DNA of 64,000 nucleotides, from the NCBI GenBank assembly GCA_046726415.1, contig JBKPAK010000020.1, positions 1,995-65,994 on the forward strand, read 5' to 3'. Shown here in pieces: positions 53,501 through 61,753 of this stretch. Origin of the DNA: Candidatus Methylomirabilota bacterium. Its GTDB lineage: Bacteria; Methylomirabilota; Methylomirabilia; Rokubacteriales; CSP1-6. Each line of letters starts with the position of its first letter. Positions within the stretch are counted from its first letter, which is position 1. A program made the translations under genes and the position numbers. A model generated the notes under the pieces. That model was not told the origin of the DNA, ran no database searches, and saw nothing but the letters and a program-made list of their open reading frames with translations.

Positions 53501-55422
53501 AGGCACGCCGCCACGTATTCGCCGAGGCTGTGGCCAATCATCGCCTGGGGCTTCACCCCCCAGCGCATCCAGAGGTCGGCCAGCGCATACTCGATGGCGA
53601 ACAGGGCGGGCTGGGTGACGCGCGTTTCCTCGAGGAGGGCCGCGGCCGCCGCGGCGCCAGTGGCATCCGGATAGAGCACCGTTCGTAGGTCCAGCTCCAG
53701 CTCCGGCTGCAGAGTCTCCGCGCATTCGTCGACGGCGGTCCGAAAGGCCGCCTCGCCCTGGTAGAGTCCCCGCGCCATGTTCACCCGCTGCGCGCCCTGC
53801 CCGGGGAACAGGAAGACCACGGGCGCCGCGCGGGCATCGCACTGGGTGCTCACCAGGTGCTCGGCCTCCGGCCGGCGTAGCGAGGTGATGGCCTCGGCAC
53901 CATCACGGCACACCAGCATCCGCCGATGGGCGAATCGCCGGCGGCCGGCCTGGAGCGTGAAGGCCACATCGGCGAGGTCGAGTCCCGGCGACGTCTCCAG
54001 GCACCGGGCGAGGCTGGCCGTGGCCTGTTCGAGGGCAGAGGCCGTCCTTGCCGAGATCACCAGCAACTGCTCGCGCCGGGCCGGCGCCGGACCCGGCGGT
54101 GTTGGCGCCTCTTCCAAGACCACGTGAGCGTTGGTGCCGCCCACGCCGAAAGAGCTCACCCCGGCTCGGCGCGGCGTCCCGCCCGGCGGCCAGTCAACCA
54201 GCCTCGTGGCAACGTAGAACGGGCTGTTCTCCAATTCGAGCTTCGGATTCGGCGCTGTGAAGTGCAGACTGGGGGGAATCTTTCGATGCCGCAGGGCCAT
54301 CGCGGCCTTGATCAGGCCGACGATCCCCGCCGCCGCGTCCAAATGCCCGATGTTCGTCTTCACCGACCCGACGGCGCAGAAGCGAGTCGCGGAAGTACCG
54401 GCCCGGAAGGCCTGGGTGAGCGCGGCGATCTCTACCGGGTCCCCAAGGGGGGTCGCGGTGCCGTGCGCCTCGACCAGGGAGATGGTTTCCGGCTCCACGC
54501 CAGCGAGAGACTGGGCCAGAGCGATGCACTCGGCCTGGCCATCCACGCTGGGCGCCGTGAAGCTCACCTTGGTGGCGCCATCGTTGTTGAGCGCCGCCCC
54601 CTTGATTACCGCGTAGACGTTGTCGCCGTCGGCCAGTGCGTCGGCCAGGCGCTTGAGCACGACGATGCCGACCCCATTGCTGAATACGGTGCCCGCGGCC
54701 TCGACGTCGAAGGCCCGGCAGTGGCCGTCAGGGGACGTGATGGCGCCTTCCTGATAGAGATATCCGCGTTGCTGGGGGAAGGTGATGGACACGCCGCCGG
54801 CTAGCGCCGTGTCGCACTGATAGTCGATCAGGGCCTGCACGGCCTGACAGACAGCCACCAGCGAGGTCGAGCAGGCGGTGTAGACGCTCACGCAGGGCCC
54901 GCGCAGATCCAGCTTGTAGGCGACCCGGGTGGCCAGGTAGTCCTTTTCATTGCCCATCATGACAAGCAGACCGCCCGCCCGCTGGATCGCGACCGGATTG
55001 GGATACAAGTTCTCCAGGAAGTAGGTGTTGTTGCTCATCCCAGCCCAGACGCCGATCGCACCCCGGTACATCCTCGGGTCATAGCCCGCATCCTCGAGCG
55101 CGGTCCAAGCCGTTTCCAGGAACACCCGCTGCTGAGGATCCATGACGGCCGCCTCGGTGGGGTTGATGCCGAAAAACGCGGCATCGAACAGCTCGGCGCC
55201 GGGCAGGACACCCCGCGCCGGCACGTAATTCGGGTCCTTCCTCATACCGGGTGATTCGGCCCGACAGGGCTCTAGCTCGTCGGTCGCGAAGCGAGAAATC
55301 GACTCGACTCCGCCCTCAATGTTCCGCCAGAATTCCCCCACGTCCCGGGCACCGGGGAAGCGTCCGGCCATCCCGATGATGGCCACGCCGTCCATGGGAT
55401 CTCCGTGATCCGAGTGCGCCAT
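50500..55422 (-). CDS. Type I PKS module fused to a class III (PLP) aminotransferase: KS-AT-ACP-AMT
   Basis: 1640 aa. KS 54112-55392 ('YTACSTSLVA', 'EAHGTATPLGDP', 'KTNIGHLDAAAG'). AT 52933-53823 ('FPGQGAQ', 'GHSLGEY', 'SHAFHS', the malonyl-type HAFH). ACP 52387-52620 ('GLDSLSL'). AMT 50653-52020 ('DLTNGFGMVLFGH', 'NTGSEAVMAAIRLAR', 'LICDEVVTGFR', 'YGKVIGGGLP'). I recognised no KR, DH, ER or MT motifs. Confidence 0.95.
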   Translation of the reverse strand: MAHSDHGDPMDGVAIIGMAGRFPGARDVGEFWRNIEGGVESISRFATDELEPCRAESPGMRKDPNYVPARGVLPGAELFDAAFFGINPTEAAVMDPQQRVFLETAWTALEDAGYDPRMYRGAIGVWAGMSNNTYFLENLYPNPVAIQRAGGLLVMMGNEKDYLATRVAYKLDLRGPCVSVYTACSTSLVAVCQAVQALIDYQCDTALAGGVSITFPQQRGYLYQEGAITSPDGHCRAFDVEAAGTVFSNGVGIVVLKRLADALADGDNVYAVIKGAALNNDGATKVSFTAPSVDGQAECIALAQSLAGVEPETISLVEAHGTATPLGDPVEIAALTQAFRAGTSATRFCAVGSVKTNIGHLDAAAGIVGLIKAAMALRHRKIPPSLHFTAPNPKLELENSPFYVATRLVDWPPGGTPRRAGVSSFGVGGTNAHVVLEEAPTPPGPAPARREQLLVISARTASALEQATASLARCLETSPGLDLADVAFTLQAGRRRFAHRRMLVCRDGAEAITSLRRPEAEHLVSTQCDARAAPVVFLFPGQGAQRVNMARGLYQGEAAFRTAVDECAETLQPELELDLRTVLYPDATGAAAAAALLEETRVTQPALFAIEYALADLWMRWGVKPQAMIGHSLGEYVAACLAGVLSREDALRVVAERARLMQSMPGGVMLAVRLPAVEVEPLLSGTLSVAALNGPAVTVVAGNAEAVQALEAELGARGVAFRRLPTSHAFHSSMMDSVLKPFEAVMRGVRLKPPQVPWVSGVTGQWITAAEAMDAAYWARQLRQPVRFADGVALLVREGSQLLLEVGPGRSLTALARQHTDRSAGQTVIASLPLDENAGPDIESILDALGRLWIAGADIDWAAVHDGQRRRRLPLPTYPFERQRFWIDPPTSAERAPEASPETVTAVGMAGIPTAAADDSRSEESMADTPVEVTPTPGRHAILLGRVRALFAELSGIDAAALDHDTPFVEAGLDSLSLTQASAAIQKAFGVKISFRQLLEDLASPGALADWLDRTLPPNPSPAPSVRVPVSSTTESSEVVPRGSAVRPESQEDGSRFEVPRREKPDAAVGSVEWLVAQQLELMSRQLDLLRSGAPAASAGGGARATPERPPDGVPVSPAYQAALADSASQESRAFGPYRPIDKGTGGGLTPSQQRSLEAFITRYTARTQGSKRLAEQHRRHLADPRSVAGFRLPWKEAVYPIVTVRSAGSKLWDVDGNEYVDLTNGFGMVLFGHAPPFVTAAVEAQLRLGFEIGPQSPLAGEVARRLCAFTGMDRAAFCNTGSEAVMAAIRLARTVTGRDRIAMFAGAYHGVFDEVLVRPTLSDGVLRSRPIAPGIPAGMADNVIVLEYGQSASLDLLRAQAGELAAVLVEPVQSRRPDLQPWEFLRELRELTASSGTALICDEVVTGFRAHPGGVQAMLGIQGDLATYGKVIGGGLPIGIVTGRREFMDALDGGMWQYGDLTFPEIGVTFFAGTFVRHPLALAAARACLIHLEEEGPELQRRLNERTTRLVEALRAVVARAQAPIRLTHFSSFFCIGLPPDYPFAPVVFAWLRAKGLHVWEGRPAFLSTAHSDEDIDRVVQAFAETVAEMQEVGLLPSTGPATPPLPGARRGRDPSGREAWFIPDPDRPGKYLEVGERR

Positions 55423-55423
55423 G

Positions 55424-58400
55424 CTACGGGTTCCGGCCGATCCTTCGCGGTCGGGATTGCGCGTCCCGCTGGCGCCGAGCCCGATCTCGAACGTGGCTCA
55501 GGCAAGATGCCTCGTTCGGCTGGTGGCTGAGGTAGCCGGCCAGCGCACTGACGGTGGGGTATTGGAGCAGCGCCACGATGGGAAGGTTCAGGCCCAGCCG
55601 GGCCTGGAGCCGGGTGTGGGTCTCGACGAGCAGAATAGAGTGCCCGCCGAGATCGAAAAAGTTATCGTCGAGCCCGACCCGCTCTACTTCGAACAGCTCC
55701 TGCCAGATCGCGGCGATGGCCTGCTCGAGCCGCGTGCGCGGGGCGAGATACGCCGCGCCCTCCTTCGAGCGGTGATCGAGCCCCGCGACCGCCAGCTGCC
55801 CGTCTGGAGGTGGAGGCAGCACCGCCAGGATGTCGGCGATCGTCCGTCGCGTGGCGGTAGTCATGGCCTCGAGGACCGCGGCCAAAGCGGCGAGCGAGCG
55901 GCGGATCGCCGCGCCGTCGAACTGGTTGCGGCGGTAGATCATCTTCAGCCGGAGCTCAGGAGCCGGCGTCACCACCAGAGTCAACGGATAGTTGGTCGCC
56001 TCCGGCATCGAGACCGGAGCGATCTCGACGGTTGGTCCCAGCCGGCGCGCCTCCTGGCTGACGGCGTAGTTCTGGAAGACGAGCAGACTGTCGAACAGGC
56101 GAAGCCGCCACGGAATGCCCGTCCAGGCCTGAATCTCGAGCGGGGAGACGTACTGGTGGAGCACGGCATCGGCCTGCTTGTCCTGTGCCTCGGCGAGCCA
56201 GACCGGTACAGACATCTCCGGCCTGACCTGGAGCCGGATGGGGAGATTGCTCACGAAGGTCCCCACCATCGATTCGATACCGGCCACCTTAGGTGGTCGC
56301 CCGGAGAACGTGACCCCGAAGACCACGTCGGCCTGGCCACTGCGATGGCTCAGGAGTAAGCCCCATGCCCCTTGGACGAGCATGCTCAAGGTGAGGTGAT
56401 AGCTCCGCGCAAACGAACGGAGGGCCGCCCCAGTCCGCTCTGACAGCCTCACCTCTTCCTCGGCGTGCGACTGCCCTGCGCCCTCTGAGCGTCCCGCCGG
56501 CGCAGGCGGCAAGCCGAGCGGGGTGGGCGCGGTGAAGCCCGCGAGCCAGCGCCGCCAGAAGGCCTCGGTCTCCGTACTGTTCCGACCTTCCAGCCAGCCG
56601 ATGTAGTCGCGGTACGCGTGGGGGGGCGCGAGTCTGGCATCTCGGCCCGCGCGGAGGGCTTCGTAGCACTCCGACAGCTCGGAGAAGATTAGGGGCCACG
56701 ACCAGCCGTCGACGTGGAGGTGATGGGTGGTCCAGAGAAGGTGGAACGTTTCGTCGGCCAACCGGAGGAGCGTCACGCGCGTGAGTGGAGCCCGCGACAG
56801 GTCGAAGCCCTGAGCGGCGTCCGACTCCACGAGTTCGGCCAGTCGCGTGCTCTGGTCGGTGGCGGAGAGAGCACTCCAGTCGTGCTCGCTCCACGGCAGC
56901 GCCACGCGGCGGACGACGACCTGCAACTCCCGCTGGCCGTCGGAGACGAAGGCGGTGCGGAGAATCGAGTGCCGATTGACGACCAGTTCCCACGCGCGCC
57001 GCAGCGCCGGCGCGTCCACCGAGCCGTGCAGGCGGTACTGCCACTGCTCCAGCCCGGAGCCGGCGGCCTCCATCGAGTGAAACAGGCGCTGCATGGGAGA
57101 CAACGCGTATATGTCTTCCACCTCCTCGAGGTCGCAGGGAAGCCGGTCGAGAAGAGCCAGGTCGAACGCCGCCGGCGCGACGTGGGCCGGCCGTGCGTCA
57201 GTTGCCCCTCGCGTCTCACAGGCCAGGAGCACTTCGCGCACAGCCTCGACGAAGCTCTGGGCCAATCGCTCCACCGTCTGCCGGCGGTGGATGTTTTCGC
57301 TGTACGTCCACCGCATCTGGAGCCGTCCGTGAATGACCAGGGCCAAGAGGTCGATCAGGTGCCGCCGCGGAGCTCGTGGGCTGTGCCAGGGGCCGGCGGG
57401 TTCCGCGGCGAAGCGGAAGAGGCCGGAGCCGGCCAGAACCTGGTCGAACTGACCGAGGTAGTTGAACAGCACCGCGGGCTGGGGATGGTCGCCGAGGAGG
57501 GTGGCGGTGGTCGGATCGCCGAGGTAGCGAAGGACGCCGTAGCCAATGCCTCGGCCCGGGACCTGCCGCAGTTGCTCCTTCACCGCGTGGAGCACGTCGG
57601 CGAGGGGACCACGCGGGGGCTCGAGCCGCAGCGGGAAAATGCTGGTGAACCAACCCACGGTCCGCGAGAGATCCACATCGTCGAAGATCGCCTCCCGACC
57701 GTGGCCCTCGACATCCACGCAGAGGGACCCGCCCTTCGTCCATCCGGTGAGGCACCGCGCCAGCGCCGCCAACAAGACGTCGTCGACCTGCGCGCGGAAT
57801 ACTTGGGGCACCCGCTGCAGTAGCGCACGTGTCTCCTCGATCCCGATGGACCACGTCACGGTTCGAGCGGACATCTCGGTGTTGGCACCGCCCTCGAAGT
57901 CGACAGGGAGGCGGGCGGAGTCCACGTTCGCGGTGGCCAGCCAATGACTGAGCTGATTCCGGCAGGCTGGCCACTGCGCGTACTCAATGAGCCGCTGCGC
58001 CCAACGCCGATACGACGTCGTCCGGGCGGGCAGCCGCACCGTGTCGCCCCCATGCAGTGCTCGGTAGAGCGTGTCCACATCCCCCAAGAGGATTCGCCAG
58101 GACACCCCATCGATCACCAAATGATGGGCGATGACAAGGAGCCGGCCCGGGCGCCGGGGGCCGAGTCCGAAGTGGGCTATTCGCAGGAGTGGGCCATCGG
58201 CGATGTCGAGAGTGCGCTGGAGCTCAGTCGCCTTCGCTTCGATGGCGGCTGGCAATTCGGCGTCTGGCCGTCCAGAGAGGTCTATCTCCGCGACAGAGAT
58301 GGTCCCGCCATCGTTGCTATAGCGCTGCTCCCAGCCGTGGGCGCCGCGCCGGAACCGCAGCCGGAATGAGTCGTGGTGATCGACGACGTGCTGGCTTGCC

Positions 58401-61400
58401 GCTTCCAGAGCCTGTACATCCACGTCGGTCGGCACCTCGAACAGGAAGGCTTGGTTCCAGTGATCAGGCTCCGGTAGTTCCTGCTCGAAGAACCAGCGCT
58501 GGATCGGAGTGAGGGGAACGCACCCCTCCGCTCGATGGCCGTCGTCCTGCGGCGTCGCGACTGCCGTCACCGCAGCCAGCTCGGCGATCGTCGAGTGCTG
58601 GAACAGCTCCCGAGGCGTGAACGATAGACCAGCCTGACGGGCGCGCGCGATGATCTGGATCGCGAGAATCGAGTCCCCGCCCAGCTCGAAGAAGCTGTCG
58701 TGGACGCCAACCCGCTCGAGCCCGAGCACGGCGGCCCAGATGCCGCTCAGGGTCTCCTCGATGGCCGTCCGGGGAGCCACGTAGCCCCCACGCACGTCGG
58801 GACGCGTCTGATCGAGTGCGGGCAACGCCTTTCGGTCCACCTTCCCGTGGCCGGTTAGCGGGAGCCCGTCGAGCCGCACGAACGCGGCGGGCACCATGTA
58901 GTCGGGAAGCTTGGCCCGCAGGAAGCCGCGTATCTCGTCGGCCATGAGCGGCGCGTCGCGGTCAGCGACGTAGTACGCCACCAGCCTCTTGTCGCCCGGG
59001 ATGTCCTCACGGACGATGACCACCGACTCCCGCACCGCCGAGTGCTGGGCCAGCGCCGATTCGATCTCCCCCAACTCGATCCGGAAGCCCCGAATCTTCA
59101 CTTGGTCGTCGATTCGGCCGAGGTACTCGAGATCCCCATTGGGCAGCCGCCGTGCCAAGTCCCCCGAACGGTAGAGCCGCGCGCCCGGAGCGGCAGTGAA
59201 CGGGTCGGCGATGAATCGCTCGGCGGTGAGCTCGGGCCGGTTCAGGTAGCCACGCCCCACGCCGGCACCACCTATATAGATCTCCCCGGCCACTCCGATC
59301 GGGACGGGACGGAGCCAGCGATCCAGAACATAGACCTGGAGGTCTGGGATCGAACGGCCGATGACGCTGCCGCTGCCGGAAAGGACGTCGTTGAGCGCGA
59401 TCGGACGGTAGGTGACATGCACGGTGGTCTCGGTAATGCCGTACATGTTGATGAGCCGAGGCGGCCGATCTCCAAACCGCTCGAACCAGGGCCGCAGCGC
59501 TTGCAGGTCCAGCGCCTCGCCGCCGAAGATAACGTACCGAAGGGCGAGCCCACGCGACTCGCCCTCCAGTATCACCTGCATCAGCTGTCGAAATGCCGAC
59601 GGCGTCTGGTTCAACACCGTCACCTGCTCCCGGTACAACAGCTCGGCGAACGCCTCCGGCGAGCGACTCACCCAGTAGGGCACCAGCACGAGCCGGCCTC
59701 CGTACAAGAGCGCGCCCCACAGCTCCCACACGGAAAAGTCGAACGCGTACGAGTGGAACAGGGTCCATGCGTCCGCGGGGCCGAAGCGGAACCACGGGTC
59801 GGTGGCGTCCATGAGCCGGACGACGTTCCGATGGGTGATGAGGACGCCCTTGGGACGCCCGGTGGACCCTGACGTGTAGATGACGTAGGCCAGGCTGTCG
59901 GCCGTAGCGCCGCCGGAGACATTGTCTTCGGCTGCGCCGCCGTCAGCTGCCTCTTCGCCCGAATCGCCCTCGAGCAGGACCATCCGAGCTCGATGCGGGG
60001 GCAGTGCGGAGGCCAGTTCGCCCTGGGTCAGCAGAACGGCGACTTCGGAATCCTCCAGCATGAAGGCGAGGCGATCCTTGGGGTACCGGGGATCGAGTGG
60101 GAGATAGGCGCCCCCCGCCTTCAGGATGGCGATGATCGCCATGACCATGTCCACGGATCGCTCGACGAAGAGCCCGACCAAAACCTCCGGCCCCACGGAG
60201 AGCTCCCGCAGGCGGCGAGCCAGCCGGTTTGCGCCGCGGTTCAGCTGTCGGTAGGTCAGCGCCCGCCCATCATGGATCACCGCCACCGCGTCCGGCGTTC
60301 GCGCAACCTGCCGCTCGAATCGCTGGTGAATGCACAAGCCGTTGGCGGGGCCGATGGGGAGTGGGTTCGGGCTAGGCACCAGCTCGGCGCGCTCTGTCGC
60401 GGTGAGATACGGCACCGCCCGCAGCGGTTGGTCTGCGGCAGTGATCATCCCCTCGAGAAGGAGGCCGACATGATCCAGCATCCGCGCCGCGGTGTCGTCG
60501 TCGAATCGCCGGCGGTCGTACTCCAGGCGAAGGAGCAGCTCGGCGTCCGCATAGGCAATGAAGGTGAGCGGGTAGTTCGTCTGCCCGAGGTAGCGAAAGC
60601 GCCGGCCGGTCCACTCTCCTCCCTGCGCGCGCAACGCGGTGTTCAGGAGGTAGCGCTCGTAGACCACGAGACTCTCGAAGAGCGGCGTACCGCGCGGCAC
60701 GTCGCTCCAGTCCTGGATCTTGACCAGCGGTGTGTGCTCGTGCGCGCGCAGGGCCACCCCTTGGCGGCGAAGCTCTCGCAGCCAGGGCACGAGCGGCGCG
60801 TCGGATTTCACGCGAACCCGAACGGGCAGGGTATTGATGAACAGCCCCACCATGTCGTCGGCACCCTCGAGGGACGAGCGCCGACAAGCCCGGGTGGCCC
60901 CAAAAACGATGTCGTCCTCGCCGCTGTAGATGTGAAGCAAGAGCGCCCAGGCGCCTTGCAGCAGGGTGTTGACCGTGAGCTCATGCTTCTCGGCGAAGTC
61001 CCGGAGCCCGGCGGTGACGTCGGCGGCCACTCGTGCCTCGTGGGCGCCGTGAGTTCCCTGCGCGGCAGGTGCCGTGCGCGGGTTTTGCCCCACTCGCAGC
61101 GGCGTCGGTGTCGTGAAGCCTTTGAGCAGGCGCCGCCAGTACTCTTCCGCGCGGGCGGGATCCTGTCCATGCAGCCACTCGATGTAGTCGCCGTACGGCC
61201 GCGGCAGGGGAAGGTCGAGCTCCCGCCCGTCGCGGATCGCCTCGTAATAGGCGAAGACCTCCCGGAGCACGAGCGGGAAGGAGCGCCCGTCGAGCACGGC
61301 GTGGTGGAACGTCCACAACAACCGGGCCACTCGGCCGGGTAGCCAGACCAGGGTCAGGCGCATCAGCGGCGCCTGGCTCACGTCGAAGCCTCGCCGGCGA

Positions 61401-61753
61401 TCGGCCTCGAGCAGAGTTGACCACCGCGCCTGGCAATCCCCAGCGTGGATCGTGGACCAGTCCAGCTCGGCCACGGGGATTTCCACCGAGCGGTAGACCT
61501 CCTGCACCGACTGCGCGACCCCGTCGACGCGGAACCGCGTCCGCAAAATCGGGTGTCGGGCGACGACTCGCTGCCAGGCGGTGAAGAGGGCCGGCGCGTT
61601 CAGCACCTCGTCCAGATCGCAGATGATCTGCTCGATGTCGACGCCGGACGCATCGGACGAAAGACTGTGGAAGAGCATCCCGTGCTGAAGGGGCGAGAGC
61701 TCGTAGGAGGCTTCAACGGCTCGGTGGAGGCCCAACGGTGTCATGGGACACAT
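55424..61753 (-). CDS. NRPS: C-A(Thr)-T-E-C-T (terminal C-T has no A domain)
   Basis: 2109 aa. C 60419-61711 ('LSPLQHGMLFHS', 'HHAVLDG'). A 58829-60346 ('YTSGSTGRPKG', 'NMYGITE', 'YRSGD', 'GKVDR'). T 58574-58786 ('GGDSI'). E 57224-58522 ('PLTPIQRWFFE', 'HHLVIDGVSWR', 'EGHGRE', 'FNYLGQ'). C 55829-57121 ('LSPMQRLFHS', 'HHLHVDGWS'). T 55529-55747 ('FFDLGGHSI'). The alternative ATG at 61744 overlaps the PPTase stop (ATGA). Confidence 0.95.
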   Translation of the reverse strand: MCPMTPLGLHRAVEASYELSPLQHGMLFHSLSSDASGVDIEQIICDLDEVLNAPALFTAWQRVVARHPILRTRFRVDGVAQSVQEVYRSVEIPVAELDWSTIHAGDCQARWSTLLEADRRRGFDVSQAPLMRLTLVWLPGRVARLLWTFHHAVLDGRSFPLVLREVFAYYEAIRDGRELDLPLPRPYGDYIEWLHGQDPARAEEYWRRLLKGFTTPTPLRVGQNPRTAPAAQGTHGAHEARVAADVTAGLRDFAEKHELTVNTLLQGAWALLLHIYSGEDDIVFGATRACRRSSLEGADDMVGLFINTLPVRVRVKSDAPLVPWLRELRRQGVALRAHEHTPLVKIQDWSDVPRGTPLFESLVVYERYLLNTALRAQGGEWTGRRFRYLGQTNYPLTFIAYADAELLLRLEYDRRRFDDDTAARMLDHVGLLLEGMITAADQPLRAVPYLTATERAELVPSPNPLPIGPANGLCIHQRFERQVARTPDAVAVIHDGRALTYRQLNRGANRLARRLRELSVGPEVLVGLFVERSVDMVMAIIAILKAGGAYLPLDPRYPKDRLAFMLEDSEVAVLLTQGELASALPPHRARMVLLEGDSGEEAADGGAAEDNVSGGATADSLAYVIYTSGSTGRPKGVLITHRNVVRLMDATDPWFRFGPADAWTLFHSYAFDFSVWELWGALLYGGRLVLVPYWVSRSPEAFAELLYREQVTVLNQTPSAFRQLMQVILEGESRGLALRYVIFGGEALDLQALRPWFERFGDRPPRLINMYGITETTVHVTYRPIALNDVLSGSGSVIGRSIPDLQVYVLDRWLRPVPIGVAGEIYIGGAGVGRGYLNRPELTAERFIADPFTAAPGARLYRSGDLARRLPNGDLEYLGRIDDQVKIRGFRIELGEIESALAQHSAVRESVVIVREDIPGDKRLVAYYVADRDAPLMADEIRGFLRAKLPDYMVPAAFVRLDGLPLTGHGKVDRKALPALDQTRPDVRGGYVAPRTAIEETLSGIWAAVLGLERVGVHDSFFELGGDSILAIQIIARARQAGLSFTPRELFQHSTIAELAAVTAVATPQDDGHRAEGCVPLTPIQRWFFEQELPEPDHWNQAFLFEVPTDVDVQALEAASQHVVDHHDSFRLRFRRGAHGWEQRYSNDGGTISVAEIDLSGRPDAELPAAIEAKATELQRTLDIADGPLLRIAHFGLGPRRPGRLLVIAHHLVIDGVSWRILLGDVDTLYRALHGGDTVRLPARTTSYRRWAQRLIEYAQWPACRNQLSHWLATANVDSARLPVDFEGGANTEMSARTVTWSIGIEETRALLQRVPQVFRAQVDDVLLAALARCLTGWTKGGSLCVDVEGHGREAIFDDVDLSRTVGWFTSIFPLRLEPPRGPLADVLHAVKEQLRQVPGRGIGYGVLRYLGDPTTATLLGDHPQPAVLFNYLGQFDQVLAGSGLFRFAAEPAGPWHSPRAPRRHLIDLLALVIHGRLQMRWTYSENIHRRQTVERLAQSFVEAVREVLLACETRGATDARPAHVAPAAFDLALLDRLPCDLEEVEDIYALSPMQRLFHSMEAAGSGLEQWQYRLHGSVDAPALRRAWELVVNRHSILRTAFVSDGQRELQVVVRRVALPWSEHDWSALSATDQSTRLAELVESDAAQGFDLSRAPLTRVTLLRLADETFHLLWTTHHLHVDGWSWPLIFSELSECYEALRAGRDARLAPPHAYRDYIGWLEGRNSTETEAFWRRWLAGFTAPTPLGLPPAPAGRSEGAGQSHAEEEVRLSERTGAALRSFARSYHLTLSMLVQGAWGLLLSHRSGQADVVFGVTFSGRPPKVAGIESMVGTFVSNLPIRLQVRPEMSVPVWLAEAQDKQADAVLHQYVSPLEIQAWTGIPWRLRLFDSLLVFQNYAVSQEARRLGPTVEIAPVSMPEATNYPLTLVVTPAPELRLKMIYRRNQFDGAAIRRSLAALAAVLEAMTTATRRTIADILAVLPPPPDGQLAVAGLDHRSKEGAAYLAPRTRLEQAIAAIWQELFEVERVGLDDNFFDLGGHSILLVETHTRLQARLGLNLPIVALLQYPTVSALAGYLSHQPNEASCLSHVRDRARRQRDAQSRPRRIGRNP

